A stretch of 64,000 nucleotides of DNA from Patescibacteria group bacterium (lineage in GTDB: Bacteria; Patescibacteriota; Patescibacteriia; JAHIZJ01), in contig JAQTMH010000004.1 in assembly GCA_028714495.1 (NCBI GenBank), forward strand, positions 128,232 through 192,231, given 5' to 3'. Below, piece after piece: positions 9,511-18,507 of this stretch (position 1 is its first letter; every line of letters begins with the position of its first letter). A program made the position numbers and the translations under genes. The notes beneath the pieces were generated by a model, which saw only the letters and a program-made list of their open reading frames with translations, ran no database searches and had not been told where the DNA came from.

Positions 9511-10410
9511 ATGACCATGAAAATGAAGAAAATATGCTATTCTGTCGCTCTAGGGTTGTTAATGGTCGGGATTTTTGTTTTGCCCCAGGTGGTTTTAGCT
9601 GCCAGCGTATGCAAAACCGGCCAGATTCTTCCTGAGTGTGTGTGCGACGGAAACTGCAATCTCGACGATTTTGTAGTGATGTTTGTGAATCTGATAACGT
9701 TCTTCCTCGGGATCGTGGCCATCATCGCTCTGTACTATTTCGTCAATGGCGCCTTCATGCTGGTTATCTCAAGCGGGAGCCCAGAGAAGATCGCCAGCGG
9801 CAAGAGCACCCTGGTCAATGCCCTGGTGGGACTTTTTGTCGTACTATCGGCCTGGGTGATGATCAATACTTTGTTTATGCTGTTTACCGGGAGCGATACG
9901 GTCTTCGGAGAAAAATGGTGGAAATTCAAAACTGCTCCGGCAACTGAAGAGCAAAGAGAAGAGCCAGCCGGCGGAGGCGGTACGGCAAGTTGCGAAAATT
10001 TGGAAGCCACGGCTGCGAGCTACAATGTCCCTTATCCAGCTCAAAATGCCGCGCCGCTTGACGCATTGATAAATTGCATCAAAGAAAACGTCCAGCCCGG
10101 AATGATAGATGAAAATCAGATATATACCATTGATCGCGATCACCCAAGCTGCAATTACACGCGCGGCGATCCGAAATGCGAAACCAGCGGCGTTTGTTCT
10201 CATTCGCATAATTCCTGCCATTACGGAGGCTTCAGCGGAATTGACGGAGCGATGGGCGTTGATTTTAACGCAGCGGCTGGATATTCGGAACAAGAGTTAA
10301 ACCAAGCTATTCTAATTGCCGCGAATGGACCATGTGAAAGTTATTTTAGTTCTCAAATATTTGAAACAGACCACACGCATTTGAACGCACCCGGCTGCGG
10401 TGGTAACTAA
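9511..10410 (+). CDS. CPR VirB2/TrbC-like pilin fused to a Cys-rich, peptidase M15-like C-terminal domain
   Basis: Signal peptide; TM-SSGSPEKIASGKSTLVNALVGL-TM pilin core; C-terminal SCHYGG...AMGVDF...DHTHL. Confidence 0.7.
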   Translation: MTMKMKKICYSVALGLLMVGIFVLPQVVLAASVCKTGQILPECVCDGNCNLDDFVVMFVNLITFFLGIVAIIALYYFVNGAFMLVISSGSPEKIASGKSTLVNALVGLFVVLSAWVMINTLFMLFTGSDTVFGEKWWKFKTAPATEEQREEPAGGGGTASCENLEATAASYNVPYPAQNAAPLDALINCIKENVQPGMIDENQIYTIDRDHPSCNYTRGDPKCETSGVCSHSHNSCHYGGFSGIDGAMGVDFNAAAGYSEQELNQAILIAANGPCESYFSSQIFETDHTHLNAPGCGGN

Positions 10411-10514
10411 ATTTCATTTTATACCGTCTATGTTTAAAGGAAGGCGGTCCTTTGTTTTACCTAAAGAAAACAGAAATGGTATAATAATAAGGCTTTTATT
10501 ACTAAGCCAATCCA

Positions 10515-13500
10515 ATGTCAAAACGACAATTTTTCAATGCCAAACCGGGTAAAAACAACCAAGCGAAAAAGTCAAAACAGAGCCAAGTTTCCCGGACTAA
10601 CGCTTTTCATCAAAAGGGTTTTGCCCTGATCGGGAAGCAGTTATTGCCAATTATCGTGGTAGTTATAGTGGCGGTGTTAGCCGCGGCAGTAATTTTATAC
10701 CGGCAGTCAACCGAAACAAGTATAACGTCGGTCAGTCGTCCGGCTCTGACCGGCCAATTCGGCCTAAAGGCGGTTAAGACGGACGCGGCGGGTTTGGACC
10801 CGGCAACTTCTTTTATTTTAAGCTCAAGCAAACCGCTGGCCAACGGCGTCATTGAGGAAATTGTGAAGTTTACGCCCGAAGTGAAATTCAAAGTCAAAAA
10901 GCTGAAGGAAGAATCAAGCCGCGGCAATTTTTTCAAAAGGGTTTTCGCCCAGGACAATTCAAACAGCCCAAGTGAAGCCGCTTCTGCCTACGAATTGAAG
11001 CCGGAAGAATCGCTGAATAGTGACACCAACTATAAAGTCAGCATTTCAGACACCAAATACGCGGACCGGCAGTATGATTGGGCTTTTCCGGTCAAGGCAA
11101 AATTTCAAGTGCTCGAGTCGCACCCGCGGGATCATGGCGCGTCGGTGCCGACTAATTCAACCATCGAGTTCAAAATGAACCGGGAAAAATTTATCGAGCC
11201 GGAAAAGTATTTCACTATCTCCCCGGAGGCCGCCGTAACAACGGAACAGCGGGGCACCACCTTGATTTATAAAACCCAGGGCCTGGCAGAAAAAACGCTT
11301 TATACCGCGGTTCTGAAAAAGGGTTTGAAGGTTGAAGGGTGCGACGACGTCTTGGAGCAAGACTTCACTTTTACTTCTGAAACTGGGGAAGAAAATTATC
11401 AAAGCGGCCAGCCGTATTTTTATTTAAATGGAGATTTCTTGGAATTTCTGCCAGACAAACAGCCGTATTTTGAGGTGAGCTATTACAATTATGAACCGAG
11501 TAATTTAACGGCCAATCTATACAAATTCGACAAGCCGGAGGAATTCCTAAGCTCATATCAAGATAGCCGCGACTGGGATTACCGCTGGACCAGTTATTTC
11601 TGGAACGAACGGGGTAGCCAATATGAACCAGATCCCGAGCAGCTAATCCTTACCTTTCCGATCAATGTTATCCAAGTTGATTACAAGAAGTTTTTCGAAG
11701 TGCCCCAATCTCTCCAGGCCGGCTACTATTTCCTCGATTTTGAGGCGGCGGGAAAACGACATCAGGCCTGGATGCAAATCACGCCAGTCGCGCATTATTA
11801 CTCTGTTACCTCAAAAAACAGCCTGATTTGGCTATATGATTTTCCGACCCGTCAAGCGCTTCAGAATAATGAAGTCAGCTTTGTCGATCAGGCAAGCGGT
11901 GAAATAAAACTGGGCGATACTGACAGCAACGGTTTGCTCGAATTTGCTACGCCCGAGGCGCTGACTAAGGATGTTTACGATTCGCCGACTCCGAAATTCT
12001 ATAAAGTGCCGGTTGGCAGTCAGCCGGTTTATGTCAGGATCAGCGATGGCGGCAACTACCGGTCAGAAGCGCCGGCTGGCGATGCCTACTGGGATTATCT
12101 ATCGCTGGAACGGATGGTTTACAAAATGAGCGATACCATGCGGTTCTGGGGGGTGGTCAAAGGCCGGCAGGAGGATTTGCGGGAAAAGAAGGTAACCATT
12201 GCCGTGACCAATAGCTACTATTATTATTTCGAAGGCTGGTACGGGGGTTTCAATCCAGGCGATTTGCCGACGGCCTTGATTACCCAGGAAGCGGTGATCT
12301 CTCCCTTTGACACGATTCAAGGCGAGATGTCTTTTACCGGTTTGACACCCGGCATGTACAATTTGGAGGTTAGATACGGTGATCAGGTTATTTCCACGGC
12401 AAGCTTTGAAGTAATGACCTATCTCAAACCGGCCTACCAGATTTCGGTGACGCCATCCAGACGATCGCTGTTCGCTGGTGAAGCAGTCGATTTCAATGTT
12501 GAAGCGAAGTTCTTTGACGGAACGCCTGTACCCAACCAGACGCTCAAGTATTCAGGCTGGTGGAACAGCCAGGTTGAAGGAGAAATTACTTTAGACAGCG
12601 ATGGCCGAGGCGTTTTCAGCTACACCCCCGAATATATCAATGATACTTATTACATGAGCTATCCCAGGAGCTTGGAATTTACCTTCCGGCCAAATCTGGC
12701 AGAGGAAGGCGACATCTACGGCACTGGCAGCGTAATGGTGTTCGGGCCGAAATACTACCTGGAGTCGAAAACCGCCAGCCTGGAGAACCATCAGTACCAA
12801 CTGACGGCTAAACTGAATAAAATTGTTTTAAGCGATAAAGTTTCCAGCAATTACGGAGAGTATTCCGCTTCAGAATATATCGGCGACCCGGTTCCGAATT
12901 ACGCGCTGAAGGCCAAGGTGATAAAAACGACCACTGAAAAAAGAGAAGTTGGCGAATACTATGATCCAATCAATCGCGTGACCCAAAAAACATACGATTA
13001 TACGCCTAAGGAAGAAACAGTCGAGGAAGTTGAAGGCAAAACCGACGCTGACGGCGAGTGGGAAATCATTAGAACGTTTGTTCCCGAAGCGGGTGTCTAT
13101 TATCGGGTGGTCTTCTCGGGGAGCGATGAGGGCGGCCGCGGTTTTGAAGATACTGAATATATTTACAGCGGTTATAGCGTGCCGTCCGGCAAGCAATTCG
13201 CCATCAGTCTTGAGCTGAATAGTACCTCGGCTGAAAACTCTTACTCGATCGGGGATCCGGTAAAAGCCGAAGTGAAGATAACCCAGGGTGAATTGCCAGC
13301 CAACGCCCAAACACTCTTTTATCGCTATCAAAATAAAATAGACCGAACCGCGGTAAAATTAGAATTGATCCTGGAAGAGAAGTTTGAAGAATCGTTCGCT
13401 CCTTCGGTTCAATACCGGGCGGTAATTCTGGGGCCAACGGGTTTTGAGGAAACCCAGGATGTCACCGCGTCTTACCGAGAGTCTGACAAAGCCTTGACGA

Positions 13501-16049
13501 TTGAAGTGAATCCGGATAAAAGCGGCTACCGTCCTGGCGAAAAAGTGACTCTCAGTGTCGTGGTTAAGGATAAAGACAGCCAGCCAGTTTCAGCTCAGGT
13601 GAATTTAGCCGCGGTTGACGAAGCGCTTTTCCATATTGTGCCCTATACCTGGCAGCCCAAGATTCTCGAAACGCTTTACCGGAATATTTATCTCTGGCCA
13701 ATTTCAGCCGGCTCTGACTACGCTTTAATGGAGGGAGGGGCCGAGCGCGGCGGTTGTTTCGGCGCTGGCACAAAGGTATTGTTGGCTGACGGCCAATCAA
13801 AACCGATTGAGGCAATCACGGTTGGTGATCGGATTATGGCTGGGGCAGGAGATAGCTTCGGCGCCCTTAAACCCGCGGTGGTTCAAGGTGTCTCAAGTCA
13901 TTTTGTTAATGAATATATGGTTGTAAATGGTTCACTGGTGGTAACTCCGGAGCATCCTTTATACGTCAATGGAAAATGGCAGCCGGCTGGGAATCTAAAA
14001 CTGGGCGATAGCCTATTAACCAAGGATGGAACAAGCCAATTAATTACTTCAGTTGAAACTATCAAGGACAAAGCTATCCTAGTATATAATCTGGTTGTCG
14101 GCACCTACCACACCTATTTTGCTGACGGCATTTTGGCTCATAATGCTGAAAAAGGCGGGGGCTTGAGATCAAAATTCGCGGACGTGGCGCTCTACCAGAC
14201 GGTTCAAACAGATCAAACGGGCCAGGGCTCGGCCACTTTTACGGCTCCAGACAATATCACTTCTTGGAAAGTAACAGCCTTAGCCTATGCTCCAGAAAAA
14301 ATGATGGCTGGCCAGACCGCCAAACTGGTACCGGTTTCATTGCCAATCTTCGCGGACAGCACTCTCAATTCCGTTTATCGCAAAGATGACGAGCCGACTG
14401 TTCGCGTTCGGGCTTTTGGCAACGAATACCAGACCGGGCAGCCGACCGAGTTTACTTTAAAGAGCGTCTCGCTTGGCTTAGATCTGAAGGAGACCTCGAG
14501 TGAACGTCAGGTAAAATTCCAGCTTAACGCTTTGCCAGCCGGTGACCATGATCTGACCCTGGGCGTCAAACAGGGAGATAAGCAGGATTCACTGAAGCGA
14601 ACGGTTAAGGTCATCGAGAATCATTTTCAGATGGCTCAAGCCAAGGAATACGCGGTTTCAGAAGGACTTAAGGATATCGAAGGCAACGCCAGCGCTTTCA
14701 CCCACTTGGTTTTTTCTGAAGCGGGACTAGGCAAGTATTTCTCGCCGTTGATATCGCTGACTTATCAAGGAGGCACGCGTTCTGACCAAACCGCTTCCGC
14801 GTATTTGGCTGACCGGCTCCTGGCTAAATATTTCAAATATCCTGAGCCGGAAGATCAGCTGGATTTGAGCAATTACATTGTGTCTAGCGGCGGTCTGGCG
14901 CTCTTTCCCTACAGCGATACTGATTTGGAGCTCTCGGCTAAGCTGGCTGATTTAGCGACTGATTATGTGTATAAGGAACAACTGGTAAGCTATTTCACGA
15001 GCTCTCTGAGCGATGAAAAAGCCGATCAGAGTCGTGTCAGCCAGGCGCTTTACGGTTTGGCCAGTTTGGGCGAGCCGGTTCTGGCTAAGATAAATACCAT
15101 CCTGCAATCAAAGGATTTAACGCTTGAAAACCGGACATACTTAGCTTTGGGCTTGATTCGATTAGGCGATAAAGAAAACGCCCGGCTGGTTTATCAGGAG
15201 AAAATTAAAACAGCCCTTCGGTTTGAGGGCGGCGAAGCCTGGCTAGACGGGGAATCTGACATCACCCGTCGGGTCAAGCTAACCGGGCTGGTCGGGGTAT
15301 TAACAGCCGAATTGAATATTACCGAGGACGCCAAGGCGGTTTGGGGCTATATTTCAGGTCATTATCCCGAGAGCGACCTCGATGTTCTGGAGAGGACCTT
15401 AATGCTCCGAGCGCTCCTGGCCAATGCCAATCAGGCGCCAGTCAGCTTTAAACTCCAAACTGATAGCCGGACCGAGACCGTAAAACTTGAGAATGGCGAT
15501 GTCTATACGCTTGATCTATCAGCCGAGGAACTGGCCAGCATTAAATTCAGCGAGGTTAAAGGTGACACTACCTTGGTCAGCTGGTTTGAACGGAGTAAAA
15601 ACACGGACGAACTTCAGACAAACCCCGATCTTAAATTATCCCGCAGCTACCTGGTGGATAATCACTCGACCACGACCTTCTCAGAAGGCGATATTGTGTT
15701 AGTCCGCCTAGACCCTAATATCGCCTCAAGCGCCATTGACGGCACCTACCAAGTGGTTGATTATTTGCCCAGCGGACTGAGGCCGATTACCCAGCTCTAC
15801 AACCGCAATTTGACTACCGAGGAGGTCTGCAACCCGCTTTGGTATCCGACGAAGATAGTTGATCAGGCAGCCTACTTTACGATTTACAAAGACTTTGATA
15901 AAACCGACAAATGCACCAACCGGACCATCAATTATTACGCCCGGGTAGTCAGTCCTGGCAGCTACTCGGCTGAATCAGCGGTTATCCAATCGCTTAAGAA
16001 TTTGAATAGCCTAAACCTCTCTGAAGTCCAAACCGTCGAAATCAAATAG
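10515..16049 (+). CDS. Membrane-anchored bacterial alpha-2-macroglobulin family protein with internal Hint domain
   Basis: Ig-like N-terminus; MG motifs ERMVYKMSDTMRFWGVV, DKSGYRPGEKVTLSV, LAAVDEALF, RSKFADVA...APDNITSWKVTA, VVDYLPSGLRP, YYARVVSPGSYSAESA. Confidence 0.9.
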   Translation: MSKRQFFNAKPGKNNQAKKSKQSQVSRTNAFHQKGFALIGKQLLPIIVVVIVAVLAAAVILYRQSTETSITSVSRPALTGQFGLKAVKTDAAGLDPATSFILSSSKPLANGVIEEIVKFTPEVKFKVKKLKEESSRGNFFKRVFAQDNSNSPSEAASAYELKPEESLNSDTNYKVSISDTKYADRQYDWAFPVKAKFQVLESHPRDHGASVPTNSTIEFKMNREKFIEPEKYFTISPEAAVTTEQRGTTLIYKTQGLAEKTLYTAVLKKGLKVEGCDDVLEQDFTFTSETGEENYQSGQPYFYLNGDFLEFLPDKQPYFEVSYYNYEPSNLTANLYKFDKPEEFLSSYQDSRDWDYRWTSYFWNERGSQYEPDPEQLILTFPINVIQVDYKKFFEVPQSLQAGYYFLDFEAAGKRHQAWMQITPVAHYYSVTSKNSLIWLYDFPTRQALQNNEVSFVDQASGEIKLGDTDSNGLLEFATPEALTKDVYDSPTPKFYKVPVGSQPVYVRISDGGNYRSEAPAGDAYWDYLSLERMVYKMSDTMRFWGVVKGRQEDLREKKVTIAVTNSYYYYFEGWYGGFNPGDLPTALITQEAVISPFDTIQGEMSFTGLTPGMYNLEVRYGDQVISTASFEVMTYLKPAYQISVTPSRRSLFAGEAVDFNVEAKFFDGTPVPNQTLKYSGWWNSQVEGEITLDSDGRGVFSYTPEYINDTYYMSYPRSLEFTFRPNLAEEGDIYGTGSVMVFGPKYYLESKTASLENHQYQLTAKLNKIVLSDKVSSNYGEYSASEYIGDPVPNYALKAKVIKTTTEKREVGEYYDPINRVTQKTYDYTPKEETVEEVEGKTDADGEWEIIRTFVPEAGVYYRVVFSGSDEGGRGFEDTEYIYSGYSVPSGKQFAISLELNSTSAENSYSIGDPVKAEVKITQGELPANAQTLFYRYQNKIDRTAVKLELILEEKFEESFAPSVQYRAVILGPTGFEETQDVTASYRESDKALTIEVNPDKSGYRPGEKVTLSVVVKDKDSQPVSAQVNLAAVDEALFHIVPYTWQPKILETLYRNIYLWPISAGSDYALMEGGAERGGCFGAGTKVLLADGQSKPIEAITVGDRIMAGAGDSFGALKPAVVQGVSSHFVNEYMVVNGSLVVTPEHPLYVNGKWQPAGNLKLGDSLLTKDGTSQLITSVETIKDKAILVYNLVVGTYHTYFADGILAHNAEKGGGLRSKFADVALYQTVQTDQTGQGSATFTAPDNITSWKVTALAYAPEKMMAGQTAKLVPVSLPIFADSTLNSVYRKDDEPTVRVRAFGNEYQTGQPTEFTLKSVSLGLDLKETSSERQVKFQLNALPAGDHDLTLGVKQGDKQDSLKRTVKVIENHFQMAQAKEYAVSEGLKDIEGNASAFTHLVFSEAGLGKYFSPLISLTYQGGTRSDQTASAYLADRLLAKYFKYPEPEDQLDLSNYIVSSGGLALFPYSDTDLELSAKLADLATDYVYKEQLVSYFTSSLSDEKADQSRVSQALYGLASLGEPVLAKINTILQSKDLTLENRTYLALGLIRLGDKENARLVYQEKIKTALRFEGGEAWLDGESDITRRVKLTGLVGVLTAELNITEDAKAVWGYISGHYPESDLDVLERTLMLRALLANANQAPVSFKLQTDSRTETVKLENGDVYTLDLSAEELASIKFSEVKGDTTLVSWFERSKNTDELQTNPDLKLSRSYLVDNHSTTTFSEGDIVLVRLDPNIASSAIDGTYQVVDYLPSGLRPITQLYNRNLTTEEVCNPLWYPTKIVDQAAYFTIYKDFDKTDKCTNRTINYYARVVSPGSYSAESAVIQSLKNLNSLNLSEVQTVEIK
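13755..14144 (+). other. Hint / bacterial intein-like (BIL) domain, 130 aa, no endonuclease, +1 residue Ala
   Basis: Block A CFGAGTKVLLADG, block B VTPEHPLYV, block F/G VYNLVVGTYHTYFADGILAHN, then AEKGG. Confidence 0.92.
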
Positions 16050-16065
16050 GAATATACTGCCGATA

Positions 16066-16980
16066 TTGTTCACCGGGCCTCTGGCCATCGCGTTGGCAGG
16101 GGTCTGGTTGGCATTGATAGCGCAGAATTTAGGCAAAGCCAATAACCAAGCGTCGGGATCGCAGGTAAAAGGTGAGAGACTGGTAGCCCTGGCCTCGGGT
16201 TTTTCGGATATAGCCCAGCCGCTGGAACGGCTCATGGCTTCGACAAAACCGGCTGTGTACCAGAACGGTACACAGCAAGCCGCGGCCATGGTACAAATTG
16301 GCATCACCTCCCATCATTTACCGACGGCCGCGCCGTTAATTGCCAGTTTTTACGCCACGCTTCAAAGCCGGTCCGGACCGCGCCAGGTTTTTGTGATCGT
16401 GGGACCGGATCACCTCGAACGCTGCAATCAGTATGCCTCAACCACGCAATTGCCATATCAAACGCCTTTCGGTTTATTGCCAGTCGATCAGGCAATTACT
16501 GAAGATTTGATCAAGGCCGGAGTTAATATTGACAATAATTGTTTTGAGGGCGAGCACGCGATTGGAACCCAGGCGATTTTTATCAAGCGTGAGTTTCCCG
16601 AAGCTTTGATTGTTCCATTGCTTCTTTCTTCGGCTACAACCGATTCAATTATCGAAAAAATCGTCGGTGTTCTGAAAAATTATTCTGAAGAGATAACAGT
16701 TATCGGCAGCATTGATTTTTCACACGCATTAAATTATGAGCAGGCCTTGAGAGTGGATAGCGAATCTGACAAAATGATCGCCGGATTAGAATCTCTCGGT
16801 TTGACGCTTTTCCACACAGACTCGCCGCCCACTGTCAGTTTACTGGTTGGTTTAGCCAAGGTTCTCGGCTCGGCTAAGGCGGATATATTCCAGCGGGCAA
16901 ATTCGTTTGACTTCAACGGCCAAAAAGAAAATACTACCGGCTACCGGAATATTTTCTTTGAGGGGGAAAGCCAACCATAG
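16066..16980 (+). CDS. AmmeMemoRadiSam protein B / MEMO1-family protein with N-terminal membrane anchor
   Basis: TSHHLP, IVGPDH, TPFG, EHAIG, GSIDFSH motifs; an in-frame CTG at 16021 overlapping the A2M stop is an alternative start. Confidence 0.82.
   Translation: MFTGPLAIALAGVWLALIAQNLGKANNQASGSQVKGERLVALASGFSDIAQPLERLMASTKPAVYQNGTQQAAAMVQIGITSHHLPTAAPLIASFYATLQSRSGPRQVFVIVGPDHLERCNQYASTTQLPYQTPFGLLPVDQAITEDLIKAGVNIDNNCFEGEHAIGTQAIFIKREFPEALIVPLLLSSATTDSIIEKIVGVLKNYSEEITVIGSIDFSHALNYEQALRVDSESDKMIAGLESLGLTLFHTDSPPTVSLLVGLAKVLGSAKADIFQRANSFDFNGQKENTTGYRNIFFEGESQP
16252..16276. repeat. Short palindromic element inside a coding sequence
   Basis: gctgtgtacc-agaac-ggtacacagc, perfect 10-bp stem; related to 18512-18536. 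Confidence 0.75.
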
Positions 16981-17020
16981 ACAAAAAAGAACGCGCCGCC
17001 CAAAAGACAATAAGTACCAA

Positions 17021-17109
17021 TGTCATCCCGCACTTGATGCGGGATCCCATTAATCTTGCCGCATCGGGATCCTGAAACGCCCCCGACTTGATCGGGGGTC
17101 AGGATGACA
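17021..17109. repeat. REP/RPE-like palindromic element with a nested mini-palindrome
   Basis: tgtcatcccgcacttgatgcgggatcc...ggatcctgaaacg[ccccgacttgatcgggg]gtcaggatgaca; terminal IR tgtcatcc/ggatgaca. Confidence 0.8.
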
Positions 17110-17139
17110 AGAAAAGGGGGCGGCGTTCGCTAATCTGGG

Positions 17140-17168
17140 TTGACAAATTAGCCACCCAAGTGTATTAT
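17140..17168 (+). promoter_or_regulatory. Sigma70-type promoter
   Basis: TTGACA-17 bp-TATTAT upstream of ORF 17331. Confidence 0.6.
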
Positions 17169-17330
17169 TGGGTGTTTTGAACGTTCGTTATAAAAACTGG
17201 CTGTTGTAGCCGAAAATTGCCAATTGACTGGTGGTTTCCACTATGACTGCCGCAAACGTACGCAGTCCTCTGGAAGGGTCTCTTTCGGACGAGTCCCTCG
17301 GAAACATGCCCGACCAGAAAGGAGCTGACG

Positions 17331-17978
17331 ATGTCAAAACTGTTGTCGATTAGCCCGATGGTACAACTGGGTGATGCTCTCGAGGCCGCTGGTTATACCG
17401 TCGATGATGTGGCTCGACTGCGAGACCCATCGTTGCTGGAGAAACTCAGGACCCATCTCAGGGGTGAGGCGGAGATGGTATTCACCAGACCGCCCATCAT
17501 CAAACTCGATGAGCATCCCGGCTTCAAGGGAGGGAAACAGTTCCCGCAAGGCGACGCTGAAGTCGTTGTCGAACAGCCTGTCATCGATCTCAATGCCAAG
17601 CCCTTTGTGCCCCATAGCTTGACTATCGCGAGCCACATCAAAGGCGGCGAGTTCGAGTGGGATCCGGATAAAGTCATCCTCCATTTCTCTCCGCGTCAGA
17701 GGAGTGAGGAGCTCATCGAGGGAGAGGAGCTCCGGCAGGAACTTGAGGGGTTGCCAGTGTTCAACGCGACCCTCCTGGACTACCTGCTGGCACATCCACA
17801 CCTGATTCCCCGAAAATGGAGGGGCCTGACAATATTCTTCTGGGGAACGATCTATAGCCGTTTTGACGGTAGTCCGTGCGTCAGAGGTCTCCACTATCAC
17901 CAAGGGCAGTGGAAAGAGTGCCATATAGGTCTTACGTCCAGATGGGATGAATACTGCCCTGCTGCGATGGCCGCATAG
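17331..17978 (+). CDS. Hypothetical protein with aromatic-rich, possibly C-type-lectin-like C-terminus
   Basis: SD aggag before ATG; LLAHPHLIPRKW...IFFWGTIY...CVRGLHY...W...L...W...PAAMA. Confidence 0.7.
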   Translation: MSKLLSISPMVQLGDALEAAGYTVDDVARLRDPSLLEKLRTHLRGEAEMVFTRPPIIKLDEHPGFKGGKQFPQGDAEVVVEQPVIDLNAKPFVPHSLTIASHIKGGEFEWDPDKVILHFSPRQRSEELIEGEELRQELEGLPVFNATLLDYLLAHPHLIPRKWRGLTIFFWGTIYSRFDGSPCVRGLHYHQGQWKECHIGLTSRWDEYCPAAMAA

Positions 17979-18090
17979 GCCTTTGACCTGGGGCCAAATG
18001 GCGGAGTCTCGCTTTCGGCGCGATTGCGCGCGAGGTGTAAGACTGGGTTGATCCTGGCTCGACCCTCGCTGTGATCTTTGTCCTTTGATC

Positions 18091-18143
18091 AGACCCGCTT
18101 CAAATTTCTGGTTTCGACTGGAAACGCGAAGCGGGTCTTTTTT
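18091..18143 (+). terminator. Intrinsic terminator
   Basis: agacccgcttc...gaagcgggtct followed by a T tract. Confidence 0.7.
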
Positions 18144-18246
18144 ATACCAAAAAAACCTTCTTAGTCTTAGGTTATCGTAATAACCGCATATTGAAGAATA
18201 GACAAGAACAAAAAAATATGGTAGAATAAACTATATATTAAACACT

Positions 18247-18507
18247 ATGGCCAATTTTACTCAAAAAACAATCGAGCAGTTTTTTCAGGAATATAGCGTT
18301 CCCGAAGATAAGCGGGAAAAGGTTTTAATGAGCGTTACGCCCTTGGTTTATGATCGAAACCAGCATGTTATCAAGTGGGAGAAGGCCGGCGAAGAGGAAG
18401 AAAAGAAAAAAATCGAAATTTTGATAGTCGAGAAAGACAAGGCGATCAAGCAGAAAATTACTGACATCCTCGGGGGGAAGGAAGTGGAGATACCTTATGA
18501 TTTCTAA
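18247..18507 (+). CDS. Hypothetical protein
   Basis: ATG ORF after an extended -10 (tggtagaat); overlaps the gpmI start. Confidence 0.65.
   Translation: MANFTQKTIEQFFQEYSVPEDKREKVLMSVTPLVYDRNQHVIKWEKAGEEEEKKKIEILIVEKDKAIKQKITDILGGKEVEIPYDF

Noticed and set aside
13755-14144. Canonical splicing intein or homing element
   Set aside because: The +1 residue is Ala rather than Cys/Ser/Thr and there is no endonuclease domain; treated as a BIL-type Hint.
17331-18143. Complete DGR
   Set aside because: No reverse transcriptase, accessory gene or template repeat in the window.
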